From NCBI GenBank assembly GCA_041648575.1, contig JBAZOT010000003.1, forward strand, positions 14,895-78,894: a stretch of 64,000 nucleotides of DNA. The letters are read 5' to 3'. The notes under the pieces were generated by a model. It was not told the origin of the DNA. It saw only the letters and a list, made by a program, of their open reading frames with translations, and did not search any database. A program made the translations under genes and the position numbers. Source of the stretch: Patescibacteria group bacterium (GTDB taxonomy: Bacteria > Patescibacteriota > Patescibacteriia > Veblenbacterales > UBA10138). This document shows, one piece after another, positions 47,790 to 57,913 of this stretch; position 1 is the stretch's first letter; each line of letters opens with the position of its first letter.

Positions 47790-48920
47790 CTATAACTTAC
47801 CTTTTTTAATAGCTAAACGAATAATCTTCATCAATTCCAAATAAAAATGCAGATTGTGAATAGTGGCCAGGCGCAAGGCCAGGGTTTCTTGGATATCAAA
47901 CAAATGTCTTAAATAAGCGCGGGTGGTTTTTAATTGGGCGCAGGTAAAACACAAACAACCTTGCTCCAAAATAGAAAAATCTTTTTTATAAACCGCGCTT
48001 TTAATATTTATTGCTTCATAAAACTTTTTACCGCTGGCTAGTAATTTTACTTTATCCTGCTGGCCTGATTTTAACCACAGATAAATTCGTCCATGCCGCG
48101 CCTCTCGAGTCGGAATTACACAATCAAAACAATCCACTCCTCGCTTTACCGCCTCCACAATATTTTCTGGATACCCCACGCCCATTAAATAATGTAATTT
48201 ATCCTGCGGCAATAACGGAACAGTATAATCTAAAACTTGGTACATTTGTTTTGGTTCTTCGCCAACAGCTAATCCACCAATAGCATAACCATCAAAGGGT
48301 AATTGTTTTAATTCTCCGCAACTTTGCTGACGCAAATCTTTAAAAACTGAACCTTGAGCAATTCCAAACAATGCCTGACCCGGTTTTTTAATTTTTGGCC
48401 AATACTTTATTGCTTGCTTAGCCCATGATGAAGTTCGCTCTACTGCCGCACCTGCTTCTTGCTTAGTACAAGGATAACCAACACATTCATCTAACACCAT
48501 TACTATATCTGATCCTAATTCAACTTGTATGGCTAAAGCTAATTTAGGAGTTAAAAAATATTTATTACCATTTTCCGGTACTCTAAATTCCACTCCATCT
48601 GGTTTTACTTTACGTACCTTACTTAAACTAAAAACTTGAAACCCGCCTGAATCAGTTAAAACTGGACCTGACCAACCCATAAATTTATGCAAACCACCGG
48701 CCTGGCGAATAACCTCACGTCCAGGCTTTAGCCATAAATGATAGGTGTTAGACAAAATAATTTGGGCACCCAGCGCCTTAATATCTGCCACAGACAAACT
48801 CTTTACTGCCCCACGGGTAGCAATTGGTAAAAAAAACGGCGTTTCGATTTTACCGTGCCGAGTTTTAAAAACCCCAACCCGGGCTTGACTTTTAGGTGAC
48901 TTTTGTTCTAAAGTAAACAC
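47790..48920 (-). CDS. tgt: queuine tRNA-ribosyltransferase
   Basis: Carries LTDSGGFQV, DGYAIGGLAVGE and zinc site CxCxxC...H (CLCFTC). GTG start. Confidence 0.95.
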   Translation of the reverse strand: MFTLEQKSPKSQARVGVFKTRHGKIETPFFLPIATRGAVKSLSVADIKALGAQIILSNTYHLWLKPGREVIRQAGGLHKFMGWSGPVLTDSGGFQVFSLSKVRKVKPDGVEFRVPENGNKYFLTPKLALAIQVELGSDIVMVLDECVGYPCTKQEAGAAVERTSSWAKQAIKYWPKIKKPGQALFGIAQGSVFKDLRQQSCGELKQLPFDGYAIGGLAVGEEPKQMYQVLDYTVPLLPQDKLHYLMGVGYPENIVEAVKRGVDCFDCVIPTREARHGRIYLWLKSGQQDKVKLLASGKKFYEAINIKSAVYKKDFSILEQGCLCFTCAQLKTTRAYLRHLFDIQETLALRLATIHNLHFYLELMKIIRLAIKKGKL

Positions 48921-48974
48921 AATTAAAAAATATCACAAATCAAATCAAATTAAAAATAAAAGGAGGGTAATGTC

Positions 48975-49721
48975 TTGTTCCTTAATAAAATGTTAATAAA
49001 GGCAGAGATTATAGCCTCTGTGATAATAAGGGTAAAAGATATAACAATAGATTATATTATTGATCCATTTGTTCCGATTCAAACAAATCGCCGTAAAATC
49101 AGAAACGCCTTAGTTTCTTTTGCAAAATATCTATCACGTCCGCTATCGGAAAAAGTTGACTTGTGGATTGAGCAAGATATAATCTCAACCGCTAATATTA
49201 TCTCCCTAAGCAGGGCACTAATGGCTGGCCCGCTATTCTTAATATTTACCCATTTTGACTTGGGTATTACCTACCAAATGGGACCCTTGATATGGGCTTT
49301 CGTTTCTGACTATATAGATGGAGTTTTAGCTAGAAAAATGTCTCAGGTGACTGATTTAGGCGCTGGATTAGATGCGGCTTGCGACAAAATATTTGCCTTT
49401 TTTGTTGCAATATCTTATTTAGATCAACTTTTTTACTCGCCGTTCAACGCCGTGGCGTTTATAATATTAGATGGATTCCTGCTAACTTTAGGTATTATGT
49501 TGTATTTAGCCAGAAAAAAAGGACATTATCAAGGTAAGGCCGAAGTTAGAGCTAATTGGTTAGGTAAAATTAAATTCAACCTTCAAGCTGGAGCATGTTT
49601 CTGTTGGATGAATTACTGGACAACAGAGGGCCACTACTTTTTACTTGGCGCCAATTTGTTTGCACTTGGTAGCCTGATACGGCACCTTTCTCCTAAAATA
49701 AAAAATAATGAGACCGGATAA
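48975..49721 (+). CDS. CDP-alcohol phosphatidyltransferase family protein
   Basis: SDYIDGVLARKMSQVTDLGAGLDAACDK fits D(x2)DG(x2)AR(x8)G(x3)D(x3)D. TTG start 6-7 nt after AAGGAGG. Confidence 0.75.
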   Translation: MFLNKMLIKAEIIASVIIRVKDITIDYIIDPFVPIQTNRRKIRNALVSFAKYLSRPLSEKVDLWIEQDIISTANIISLSRALMAGPLFLIFTHFDLGITYQMGPLIWAFVSDYIDGVLARKMSQVTDLGAGLDAACDKIFAFFVAISYLDQLFYSPFNAVAFIILDGFLLTLGIMLYLARKKGHYQGKAEVRANWLGKIKFNLQAGACFCWMNYWTTEGHYFLLGANLFALGSLIRHLSPKIKNNETG

Positions 49722-49739
49722 GCAACTTCTGGTCTTTTT

Positions 49740-51632
49740 TTATCTAACAACCACTCCTTTGCCTTGCGCGCCTAAATCATTATCCAGTTCTGTGGTAACT
49801 AATTTATCTGTAGCAATTAAATCTGCACCGCTATAAGCATCCCGAGCTGTGGCAGTGGTGGTTTTTACCAACACTAAAATTTTATCCGCATCTTGCTCTG
49901 CCGGTGTAATAGCTACTTCAAAAGACGCTTCTGGTTTATCAAATTTAAACCCTACGCCCGCAGGCAGACGATTTAATTCCCAACGCACTTCGCGAGTATT
50001 GGGATTATATGTTAATGGCTGGCCATGCGATACTGTCGTTTGTCCGGTCCAGGTTACATCTTGGGGTAAAGTAGTAGTAACTTCAACGTTGCTAGCCTCA
50101 TTAATAGTATTGGCTAATCTCCAAAAAATATTATAAGTGGTAGTGTTGCCTACTCGCGGCGGCAACTGTCCCGAGCCAATTTTTATCAACTGATCTGTGT
50201 AATACCTACCTTCTGTTTGAACTAATAATTGTGTATTAATCTTGGTAATTATAATATTTGATTCAGTAGTAACCGGCTGTAATTTACCACCAATCAATTG
50301 CTCGGCACTCGCCTTAACGCTGGTATTAAAACTATAAGGCGACATATTGTTAGGAGCAACACTTACAACTTTCAAGCGAAAATTAATACTGCCTTTGGTA
50401 CCAGGAGCAACTCTAGCTAAACTGGGCAACTCATTTTTTGTCCAAACCACTGCGTTTTCTGTCTCTTTAACATTAGTTGGCGTATCTGTTTGCCAAGAGG
50501 TCCAATCTAATAACTCGGAATTTAATTTGGTCTCTAACACTAAATTAGTTAAAGCAATTTCCCCTTCATTAGCATAACGCAATTCAAAATCAATTTGTTC
50601 CCCCCAATCAGCATAGCTTTTTAAAACTACCTGATTCGCAGTTAATGACAATGTTAAATGAGACTCAATTAACGTTACAGATATTTTCTTTTCTTCTTGA
50701 ATAGTAAAAGTATTATCGTCATTAATCACACCAATGGCTACAGAAAAATCCTGAATACCAGCACTAGCTGAAGTGGTAAACCTGCCGGTAAATTCCAGCT
50801 CGCCAACACTTTTGGCAGATAGGTCATCCAATTTCCATAAATTTATTTCGCCAATTACTGATTCTAATTTTGGAAGATCCAATTCGAAGCCGCTGGGGCT
50901 AATGAATTTTAATGCTAAATTCGGCAACGCCGCAGTAGAAGTATTATTATACTTAATTTTTAATGCCAAATCTTGATCAAAAGGTAATTGTGCAGGAGCT
51001 TCTAAATCTATGGTTACTACCGAAGCAATTAATTCTGTGGAAAAAACTGTCGTCTTGGCAAACTGTGCTTTAAAATTTTCCGGCTCATATGTAAAAACCG
51101 CGGCCATTTCCTTAATCTCGCCAACCTCACCAACCATTTGCCCGGTTATTACCAACTCTCCACTACCTTTGGCGTCAACTTGACCTAAGAGAAATCTAGT
51201 CTTGGCTTCATCATCAGCTGGTTTACTGGTTTCAGTTACGACAAAACCAGTCGGATAGCGAAAATTAACTTCCAAAAAATTTAAACCAACTCCCTGATCA
51301 TTATTCCAAGACAAAGTATAATTAATCATTTGCCCCGATGGCGCACTGACTGGACCAGATAATTTCACCTTAACCGCTTCTTCGCCAAATTTTGTATTCT
51401 GACCACTAAAAAAAACAAACCAAATGCCACCGACAATAATTACCACTAATAAAGTGGTCGTTAACCATAACCAACCACGCTGACGTGAAGCTTTTTTTCT
51501 TAGCACGCGAAAATCTTCAGGTGGATCTTGGCGATACATGCGCGCCAATTCACGCTCGGCAACTTCTGCAGTTAAAGGTGTTTTTTTTGATTTTGATAAA
51601 GTATCAAGAGGTGGCCTAGAAATATTAGACAT
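49740..51632 (-). CDS. large membrane-anchored surface protein with repeated beta-sandwich (DUF11/CARDB-like) modules
   Basis: N-terminal cytoplasmic tail, one TM helix (LWLTTTLLVVIIVGGIWFVFF), then about 550 aa rich in T/V/N. I prefer ATG 51630-51632 over the TTG inside the repeat. Confidence 0.6.
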   Translation of the reverse strand: MSNISRPPLDTLSKSKKTPLTAEVAERELARMYRQDPPEDFRVLRKKASRQRGWLWLTTTLLVVIIVGGIWFVFFSGQNTKFGEEAVKVKLSGPVSAPSGQMINYTLSWNNDQGVGLNFLEVNFRYPTGFVVTETSKPADDEAKTRFLLGQVDAKGSGELVITGQMVGEVGEIKEMAAVFTYEPENFKAQFAKTTVFSTELIASVVTIDLEAPAQLPFDQDLALKIKYNNTSTAALPNLALKFISPSGFELDLPKLESVIGEINLWKLDDLSAKSVGELEFTGRFTTSASAGIQDFSVAIGVINDDNTFTIQEEKKISVTLIESHLTLSLTANQVVLKSYADWGEQIDFELRYANEGEIALTNLVLETKLNSELLDWTSWQTDTPTNVKETENAVVWTKNELPSLARVAPGTKGSINFRLKVVSVAPNNMSPYSFNTSVKASAEQLIGGKLQPVTTESNIIITKINTQLLVQTEGRYYTDQLIKIGSGQLPPRVGNTTTYNIFWRLANTINEASNVEVTTTLPQDVTWTGQTTVSHGQPLTYNPNTREVRWELNRLPAGVGFKFDKPEASFEVAITPAEQDADKILVLVKTTTATARDAYSGADLIATDKLVTTELDNDLGAQGKGVVVR

Positions 51633-51633
51633 A

Positions 51634-51774
51634 CCCAGTAACAAAAACTTGACCTGCTAAAAATTAAGCGAGTCGAGATAATTAATAATAAAAGTTGGTT
51701 GGTTTATAAAAGCTGACATAAATTGATAATATAGATGATTTTTACCAGAGCTTAAGTCAAGTTTTGTTACTAGG
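51634..51774 (-). mobile_element. MITE-like element copy 2 (141 bp)
   Basis: The ends are CCCAGTAACAAAAACTTGAC ... GTCAAGTTTTGTTACTAGG. CATA occurs at 51630-33 and 51775-78. It has the same orientation relative to transcription as copy 1. Confidence 0.75.
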
Positions 51775-51779
51775 CATAT

Positions 51780-52529
51780 TTATAGAATACTACGTAAAAG
51801 TTTTAATGTATAGAGTTGTCGTCCTGCCTGTCCTTGGACATAATCAACCAAAAATCCTAAAAGTTCAGCTGGTAATTGACGATTATACGGTGGTTCCGCT
51901 CGTGTCGCTAGGGTGTGTAAATAACTTAAAGCGTCATCAGTTAATAAAAACAAACCACTGCTATCGATGATACAATTTTTATGATAAAAACCATGTTCTC
52001 TAAAACTAAACACCACGGGCGCTGCTAATTCACCTTGGCATTTTGGACACCTAGTAACTTGAATTGCTAGACCAGTAATTTTTAATATTTTATAAATAAA
52101 TCTGCCCAGATATGTTCTGGCTCGCTCACGCCAAGCCGGCTCATCTTTGGGAATATCTTTTAATTGGCTTAAATAATACCTTAGCGATTTTAATAATTCC
52201 GGTTCAGGCGCGCCTAAAGAAGTTAGCACATCAGTTATTTCCAAAAACGAAGTGCCTAAAATGGCGGTATTTAAATGATAAGGTGTTTTTAAAAAAATTC
52301 TTTTAAGTTCCGCGCCTGCTAATTTATCATATTTTTTCCCCGGTGCCACCTGTACCTGAACTTCACCAAAAATCACCAAATGTGGAGCTAATTTAGATAA
52401 AATTTTTCGCGAACTAGTAGCTACCGCCTCAACCTTACCCCGTCGCTCTGTAAAAATAGTATAAAGCCGATCATTTTGCCTATGACTTCTAGCGCGTAAA
52501 ACAATACCGGTAGTGGTATAAGTAGACAT
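51780..52529 (-). CDS. recO: DNA repair protein RecO
   Basis: N-terminal OB fold (TTGIVLRARSHRQNDRLYTIFT) and zinc finger CPKCQG...HKNC. Confidence 0.8.
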   Translation of the reverse strand: MSTYTTTGIVLRARSHRQNDRLYTIFTERRGKVEAVATSSRKILSKLAPHLVIFGEVQVQVAPGKKYDKLAGAELKRIFLKTPYHLNTAILGTSFLEITDVLTSLGAPEPELLKSLRYYLSQLKDIPKDEPAWRERARTYLGRFIYKILKITGLAIQVTRCPKCQGELAAPVVFSFREHGFYHKNCIIDSSGLFLLTDDALSYLHTLATRAEPPYNRQLPAELLGFLVDYVQGQAGRQLYTLKLLRSIL

Positions 52530-52539
52530 GTTTAAAAAG

Positions 52540-53022
52540 CTATTTTTTTTCTTCTCTTTCCTTTAATATTTCTTTAAGAGTGGCTAAAAGTAATTGTTCC
52601 CGATTAACCTGCTCTAATAGAGAAAACTCATAATTAGCTTTATCAGCTATATTTCTCCTCCGACCATGTTCTAGATCTTTTATTTCTTTTTTTATAAATT
52701 CATTAGAAGCGTTAATATATCTACCTTTAATATTTTTAATAAAGTTATCCCATTCTAATCTGATATTATCAATTTGTTTAGTAGTCGGCTCTAACCTTGT
52801 AGATCCATCTTCGGAAAATACTAATTTGGCGCCATCAGCTAATAATTCTTTGGTTTCTATTTCTTGTTCGATCACTATTTGTTCTTCGTCGGTGAATCCC
52901 TTACCTATTCCTTTTTCTTTAACGACCTCATCTCTTAATTCTTTCCAACTCCTTTTCTTATCTTTTGAAGTGTTTTGGACCAATTCTGGCGCCGGCGACA
53001 TTTCTCTTGAATTCATAAACAT
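52540..53022 (-). CDS. hypothetical charged protein
   Basis: 160 aa. Its start codon abuts the ileS stop (TGAATG). Confidence 0.5.
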   Translation of the reverse strand: MFMNSREMSPAPELVQNTSKDKKRSWKELRDEVVKEKGIGKGFTDEEQIVIEQEIETKELLADGAKLVFSEDGSTRLEPTTKQIDNIRLEWDNFIKNIKGRYINASNEFIKKEIKDLEHGRRRNIADKANYEFSLLEQVNREQLLLATLKEILKEREEKK

Positions 53023-55983
53023 TCAATTAATTATTAAATTTATTGTTATAATTACACCATCGATTTCTATTTTTTCTGGCAAAGTCTCTTTAGTATAATC
53101 AATTTTAGATGCAATAGTACTTTTAATAACTTGTTTTTCGTTGGATTGCAGAGCTTTAACAATATTATCTGGTGCTGATACTTTTAGATTAACTTTATCT
53201 TTCACAGTTAATTTTTTCTCTTTTCTTAAAGCGTTTACTTGCCTAATAAATTCACGCACCAAGCCCATATCCTTTAGTTCTTCGTCTAATTTTATGTCCA
53301 ATTCGCAAGACAAACTATCGTCTTTGATAGTGGTCACTTCTAAAACATTAACCTCTTCTGCTAAAATCTTTTTTAAATCATCAGTCAAATCTAAACCAGT
53401 AACTTTTAATAACCGTAGTGGCTGTCGCACTTTAATTTTACTTTCTGCTCGCTTTGCCAAAGCCAGTTCTACTGCTTGCCTTAAGTTAGACATATTAGAC
53501 AATAAGATATTCTGATCCTTAGATAAATCATTGCTCGTAGGCCAATTATCTAAATGAACAGATTCTTGTCCACCCTGAAGGCGCCGATACAATTCTTCTG
53601 CTATAAAAGGTGTAAATGGAGCAAGTAAAATTGCCAGCTTATAAAGCACAAATCCCAAAGTGGAGCGGGCTAAATTTTTATCTTCACCGTCTTCTTTAAA
53701 CCGCTCTCGACTGCGCCTGACATACCAAGTTGATAATTCAGTAATAAATTCAGTAATTTTTCTACCCGCTTCAGTAATCTCATATTTTTCTAAATGTTCA
53801 GTTATTTCATTAATTAATTTTTGTAACAAAGCTAAAATCCACTGGTCTAATATATTTGGTGATTTAGATACCGCCGTTGGCACCGGATCATCTTGTTTAT
53901 ACAATTCATAAAATGTTAAAACATTCATTAAAATTAATAAAGTCCGCTTAACCACTTCTTCAACTGCTTGGGGGTCAAAATTCTTTGGCTCGCCAGGCTG
54001 ATTAGCAGTATAAAAATGGAAACGCAGGGCATCAGCTCCATATTTAGCAAAAATTTCCCAAGGATCAACAATATTGCCTTTAGATTTAGACATTTTTTGC
54101 CCGTGTTTATCATTTATATGCCCCAAGCAAATCACATTTTTATAAGGTGGAATTTCTTTAATCGCTCCTGATTTTTTAAGTAAAGTAGCCACAGCTAAAA
54201 GCGTATAAAACCAACCGCGGGTTTGATCAATGGCCTCTGATATAAAATCAGCCGGATAACTATTTGCTATTTGCTCCGAGCTTCCAGTTAAGTATGGGTA
54301 TCCCCATTGAGCAAAAGGCATACTCCCTGAATCAAACCAGCAATCAGCCACTTCTGGCACACGCTTCATTGTTCCGCCACACTTACAAGACCAGGTTATT
54401 TCATCAATAAATGGGCGATGAATATCAAATTCATGATTCATTATTCTTGATTCATGATTCGATGCTAATTTTGCAAGCTCTTCCAAACTGCCAACGCACA
54501 TTATTTCCTTACACTTATCACACACCCAGATTGGTAATGGCGTTCCCCAATAGCGCTCCCGAGAAATAGCCCAATCTTTAGCACCATCTAACCACTCGCC
54601 AAATCGCCCATGTTTGATATGCTCCGGATACCAATTTATTTTCTCATTAGCAGCTTTCATTTCCTCGCGAAGCTCTGACATTTTTATAAACCACGACGGC
54701 TTAGCATAATAAAGCAGTGGCGTGGAACAACGCCAACAAAACGGATAATCATGAGTATACATTTCTTGCTTAAACAAAAGCTCACGTTTTTTTAAATCCT
54801 CAACTATTCCTGCTTCCACTTCTTTATCCTTAACAAATTTGCCAGCCCATTGGACTACGTCTTTAGTAAAATGACCGTCTTCACTAACCGTATGATATTT
54901 AGGTAAACCAACTTGTGTCCCCAAATCAAAATCATCTTCGCCATACATCACTGCCGCATGCACTACACCACTACCTTCGGTCGTGGTAACAAAATCAGCT
55001 GCGTACACGCGGTAGGATTTGTCGTTCTGAAGGGGTTTGATGTCAAATAATGGTTCATATTCAAGGCCAACTAGGTCTTTTCCTTTGAAAACTTCTTCCA
55101 CTTCCAAAGCGCAACCCATAAAAATCCTGCCTCCAAGAGCCGACTCCGAACTCTTTTCAAAAATATCTTTTGCTAAAATAAGGTAGCCACTCCCATGCTC
55201 GTTCGGAATAGAATCAACGAACTCCGCTTCGGGAAGAATTCGTGCCTTCACGTATTCAATGTTTTTCCCAACTGCCAACGCTACATTTCCAGGCAAGGTC
55301 CAAGGAGTAGTCGTCCAAGACAAAATATAAGTATCATTATCAATTTTGATTTTTGCCTGCCCCGGCTTCACTTTAAACTTAATGTACACCGACGGTTCGG
55401 TAATACTTTTATAACCCAATGCTACTTCGTGACTAGAAAGCGCGGTTTCACAGCGCGGACAGTGGGGCAAAACTTTATAATCTTTATACAATAAACCGGA
55501 CTCGTAAACTTTTTTCAAAATCCACCACAAACTTTCAATATAATAATTTTCATAAGTTACATAGGGGTGTTCCAAATCCAACCAATAACCCATGCGCTCG
55601 GTTAATTTTTCCCAATCAGCTTTGTATTTCCACACATCCTCGCGACAATGAGCATTAAATTTAGCCACGCCGTATTTTTCAATATCTGGCTTGCCTTGGA
55701 ATTTTAATTCTTTTTCCACTTGTAATTCCACTGGCAAACCTTGAGTATCCCACCCGGCTTTACGCTCCACTTGGAACCCGCGCATAGTTTTATAACGTGG
55801 GATTAAATCCTTAAAAGCCCGCGCTAACACATGATGCAAACCGGGCTTGCCGTTAGCCGTGGGCGGGCCTTCAAAAAAAACAAAGCGTCCTTGAGGTGCT
55901 TCTTTCTCCAGTGATTTTTGAAAAATATTATTCTTTTTCCAAAAATCAAGAATCTTTTGTTCCAGCTCGGGAAATTTAATCAT
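53023..55983 (-). CDS. ileS: isoleucine--tRNA ligase
   Basis: Carries PPTANGKPGLHHVLARA (HIGH), KMSKSKGN, a CP1 editing domain and Zn-type Cys clusters. Confidence 0.97.
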   Translation of the reverse strand: MIKFPELEQKILDFWKKNNIFQKSLEKEAPQGRFVFFEGPPTANGKPGLHHVLARAFKDLIPRYKTMRGFQVERKAGWDTQGLPVELQVEKELKFQGKPDIEKYGVAKFNAHCREDVWKYKADWEKLTERMGYWLDLEHPYVTYENYYIESLWWILKKVYESGLLYKDYKVLPHCPRCETALSSHEVALGYKSITEPSVYIKFKVKPGQAKIKIDNDTYILSWTTTPWTLPGNVALAVGKNIEYVKARILPEAEFVDSIPNEHGSGYLILAKDIFEKSSESALGGRIFMGCALEVEEVFKGKDLVGLEYEPLFDIKPLQNDKSYRVYAADFVTTTEGSGVVHAAVMYGEDDFDLGTQVGLPKYHTVSEDGHFTKDVVQWAGKFVKDKEVEAGIVEDLKKRELLFKQEMYTHDYPFCWRCSTPLLYYAKPSWFIKMSELREEMKAANEKINWYPEHIKHGRFGEWLDGAKDWAISRERYWGTPLPIWVCDKCKEIMCVGSLEELAKLASNHESRIMNHEFDIHRPFIDEITWSCKCGGTMKRVPEVADCWFDSGSMPFAQWGYPYLTGSSEQIANSYPADFISEAIDQTRGWFYTLLAVATLLKKSGAIKEIPPYKNVICLGHINDKHGQKMSKSKGNIVDPWEIFAKYGADALRFHFYTANQPGEPKNFDPQAVEEVVKRTLLILMNVLTFYELYKQDDPVPTAVSKSPNILDQWILALLQKLINEITEHLEKYEITEAGRKITEFITELSTWYVRRSRERFKEDGEDKNLARSTLGFVLYKLAILLAPFTPFIAEELYRRLQGGQESVHLDNWPTSNDLSKDQNILLSNMSNLRQAVELALAKRAESKIKVRQPLRLLKVTGLDLTDDLKKILAEEVNVLEVTTIKDDSLSCELDIKLDEELKDMGLVREFIRQVNALRKEKKLTVKDKVNLKVSAPDNIVKALQSNEKQVIKSTIASKIDYTKETLPEKIEIDGVIITINLIIN

Positions 55984-55992
55984 AATGTTTTT

Positions 55993-56021
55993 ATTATAGT
56001 AAAAATATTACCAAAAAACAA
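55993..56021 (-). promoter_or_regulatory. promoter TTGTTT-17-TATAAT, 9 nt from the ileS ATG
   Basis: Reverse complement reads TTGTTT TTTGGTAATATTTTTAC TATAAT AAAAACATT ATG. Confidence 0.55.
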
Positions 56022-56071
56022 GGCTCGAGGTTTAAAAAATATTAGCTATTGGCTACAAGCTATTAGCCAAT

Positions 56072-57781
56072 TTACATCCTTTCCACTGTTTCTATACCTA
56101 AAATTGCCAAACCTTGCTTTAAAATCAGCGCTGATTTTTGCACCAGGTCTAAGCGCAAAAAACGCAACGGTCCGCTGGCTTTTAATACTGGCGACTCATG
56201 ATAATAAAAATTCACCGTATTAGCTAACTCATAAAGATAATTGGCCAGCAGGTGCGGAAAATTTTCTTGTGCCGAACGGGTTAAGGCGTCCTGATATTGC
56301 ACTAACTTTCTTAATAACTGCAAATCGTTATCTTCCAAATAATGAGAATCAAATTTAATCGTAGTTATTTTTCCAGCTTTAGCTAAAATACTTTTTAAAC
56401 GAACATAAGTATATTGTAAATACGGCCCGCTGTTACCGGAAAACGATAACATTTTATTCCAATTAAAGACAATATCGGTTAAACGATTTTGTGATAGATC
56501 ATTATATTTAATAGCGCCAACGCCAATTGCTTCAGCCGCCGTGGTTTTTTCCACTGGTGATAATTTGGGATTTTTCTTTTGTACTACTCGCCAAGCCAAA
56601 TCCACTGACTTGTTAAATAATTCTTCCAATTTAACAATTTTTCCTTCGCGTGTAGCCATTTTTTTACCATCTTCGCCAAAAATAAAACCAAACTTAATAT
56701 GCTGTGGCTTCGTTTTGCCAGCATATCTTGCTAATTCTGCCGTAGCAAATAATTGATCAAAATATAAAGATTGTTCGCTTCCCACCACATAAAGCATTAA
56801 CCAAGGTTTATATTTACTAACCCGTGATCGTAAAGCGGACAAATCGCGAGTTGAATAAAGAGAAGCGCCGTCGGATTTTTGTACTAGCATGGCAGGCAAC
56901 TTTTCATTGTCAAAAATTACCACAATGGAACCATCTGGATTCTTAGTAACAATTTTTTGCTTAATTAAATCTTTAAGTACACCAATTAAGGCTTTTTGGT
57001 ATAAACTTTCACTTTCAAAGTGATCGAATTTTATTCCCAACCGTTGATATAACTTATTAAACTCCTTGAGTGAAAAAGTTTTAAACAGACGCCAAATGGA
57101 CTGCAGTTTAGGATTGCCATCTTCTAATTTTCTAAAAGCAATTTGGGCTTCTTTTTCTAATTCCGGATGTTTGGTAACTTGCTCATGAAAATAAACATAA
57201 ACCCGTAACATTTCATTAATAGGATTTTTTTTCAAATTAACCTTACTACCCCATTTTTGATAAGCCACCAATAATTTACCAAATTGTGTACCCCAATCAC
57301 CCAAATAATTCAAGCTAACCACTTTGGCTCCCAACGCTTTATAAATATTAACCAGAGCCTGACCAATAATAGTCGAACGCAAATGACCAATATGCATTGG
57401 CTTGGCAATATTGGGTGATGAATATTCAATCACAATTTTTTTACCACGATATAATGGAAAAACTGCTGTTTTGCTTTGATTTATTAATTCGTGATATAAC
57501 GCTTCTGATGACAAGAAAAAATTAACAAAACCTGGGCCAGCCGGTTCAACTTTGGCAAAATGCTGACGAATAAATTTACTTTGCACTAACTCACCCACCA
57601 GAGTATCGGTAATTTGACTGGTGGGAACACCCCAACGCGCGGCTACTTTAAGCGCCACATTAGTAGTGAAGTCCCCTTGCCACAATTCCTTAGGTGCGGT
57701 TATTTCTACATCTTCAGCTGCCAATTGCCAGTGCGCCTTAACTACTTTGCCAATTTCTTGTTGTAACTTTTTTATTAACAT
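56072..57781 (-). CDS. argS: arginine--tRNA ligase
   Basis: Carries SSPNIAKPMHIGHLRST (HIGH) and a C-terminal DALR anticodon-binding domain. I prefer ATG 57779-81 over the TTG at 57787. TGCTATAAT lies 10 nt upstream. Confidence 0.95.
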   Translation of the reverse strand: MLIKKLQQEIGKVVKAHWQLAAEDVEITAPKELWQGDFTTNVALKVAARWGVPTSQITDTLVGELVQSKFIRQHFAKVEPAGPGFVNFFLSSEALYHELINQSKTAVFPLYRGKKIVIEYSSPNIAKPMHIGHLRSTIIGQALVNIYKALGAKVVSLNYLGDWGTQFGKLLVAYQKWGSKVNLKKNPINEMLRVYVYFHEQVTKHPELEKEAQIAFRKLEDGNPKLQSIWRLFKTFSLKEFNKLYQRLGIKFDHFESESLYQKALIGVLKDLIKQKIVTKNPDGSIVVIFDNEKLPAMLVQKSDGASLYSTRDLSALRSRVSKYKPWLMLYVVGSEQSLYFDQLFATAELARYAGKTKPQHIKFGFIFGEDGKKMATREGKIVKLEELFNKSVDLAWRVVQKKNPKLSPVEKTTAAEAIGVGAIKYNDLSQNRLTDIVFNWNKMLSFSGNSGPYLQYTYVRLKSILAKAGKITTIKFDSHYLEDNDLQLLRKLVQYQDALTRSAQENFPHLLANYLYELANTVNFYYHESPVLKASGPLRFLRLDLVQKSALILKQGLAILGIETVERM

Positions 57782-57840
57782 AAGCAACTTTATTATAGCA
57801 GAAATTTTAGTTTATCACTTCATAATGATAAATTTTCAAA

Positions 57841-57871
57841 ATAAAAACCCTAGTCTATTTCAAAACTAGGG
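57841..57871 (-). terminator. intrinsic terminator of the 254-aa gene
   Basis: The minus strand reads CCCTAGT-TTTGAAATAG-ACTAGGG followed by TTTTTATTTT. Confidence 0.6.
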
Positions 57872-57913
57872 TAATTTATACATTTCTATTGATTTAACAC
57901 CTAATTGATCCTT

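Noticed and set aside
54425-54465. Possible in-frame micro-insertion in ileS (SNHESRIMNHE, from two copies of AATCATGAA).
   Set aside because: It is only a short direct repeat with no hairpin potential. Without an IleS alignment I cannot show it is an insertion rather than a native loop.
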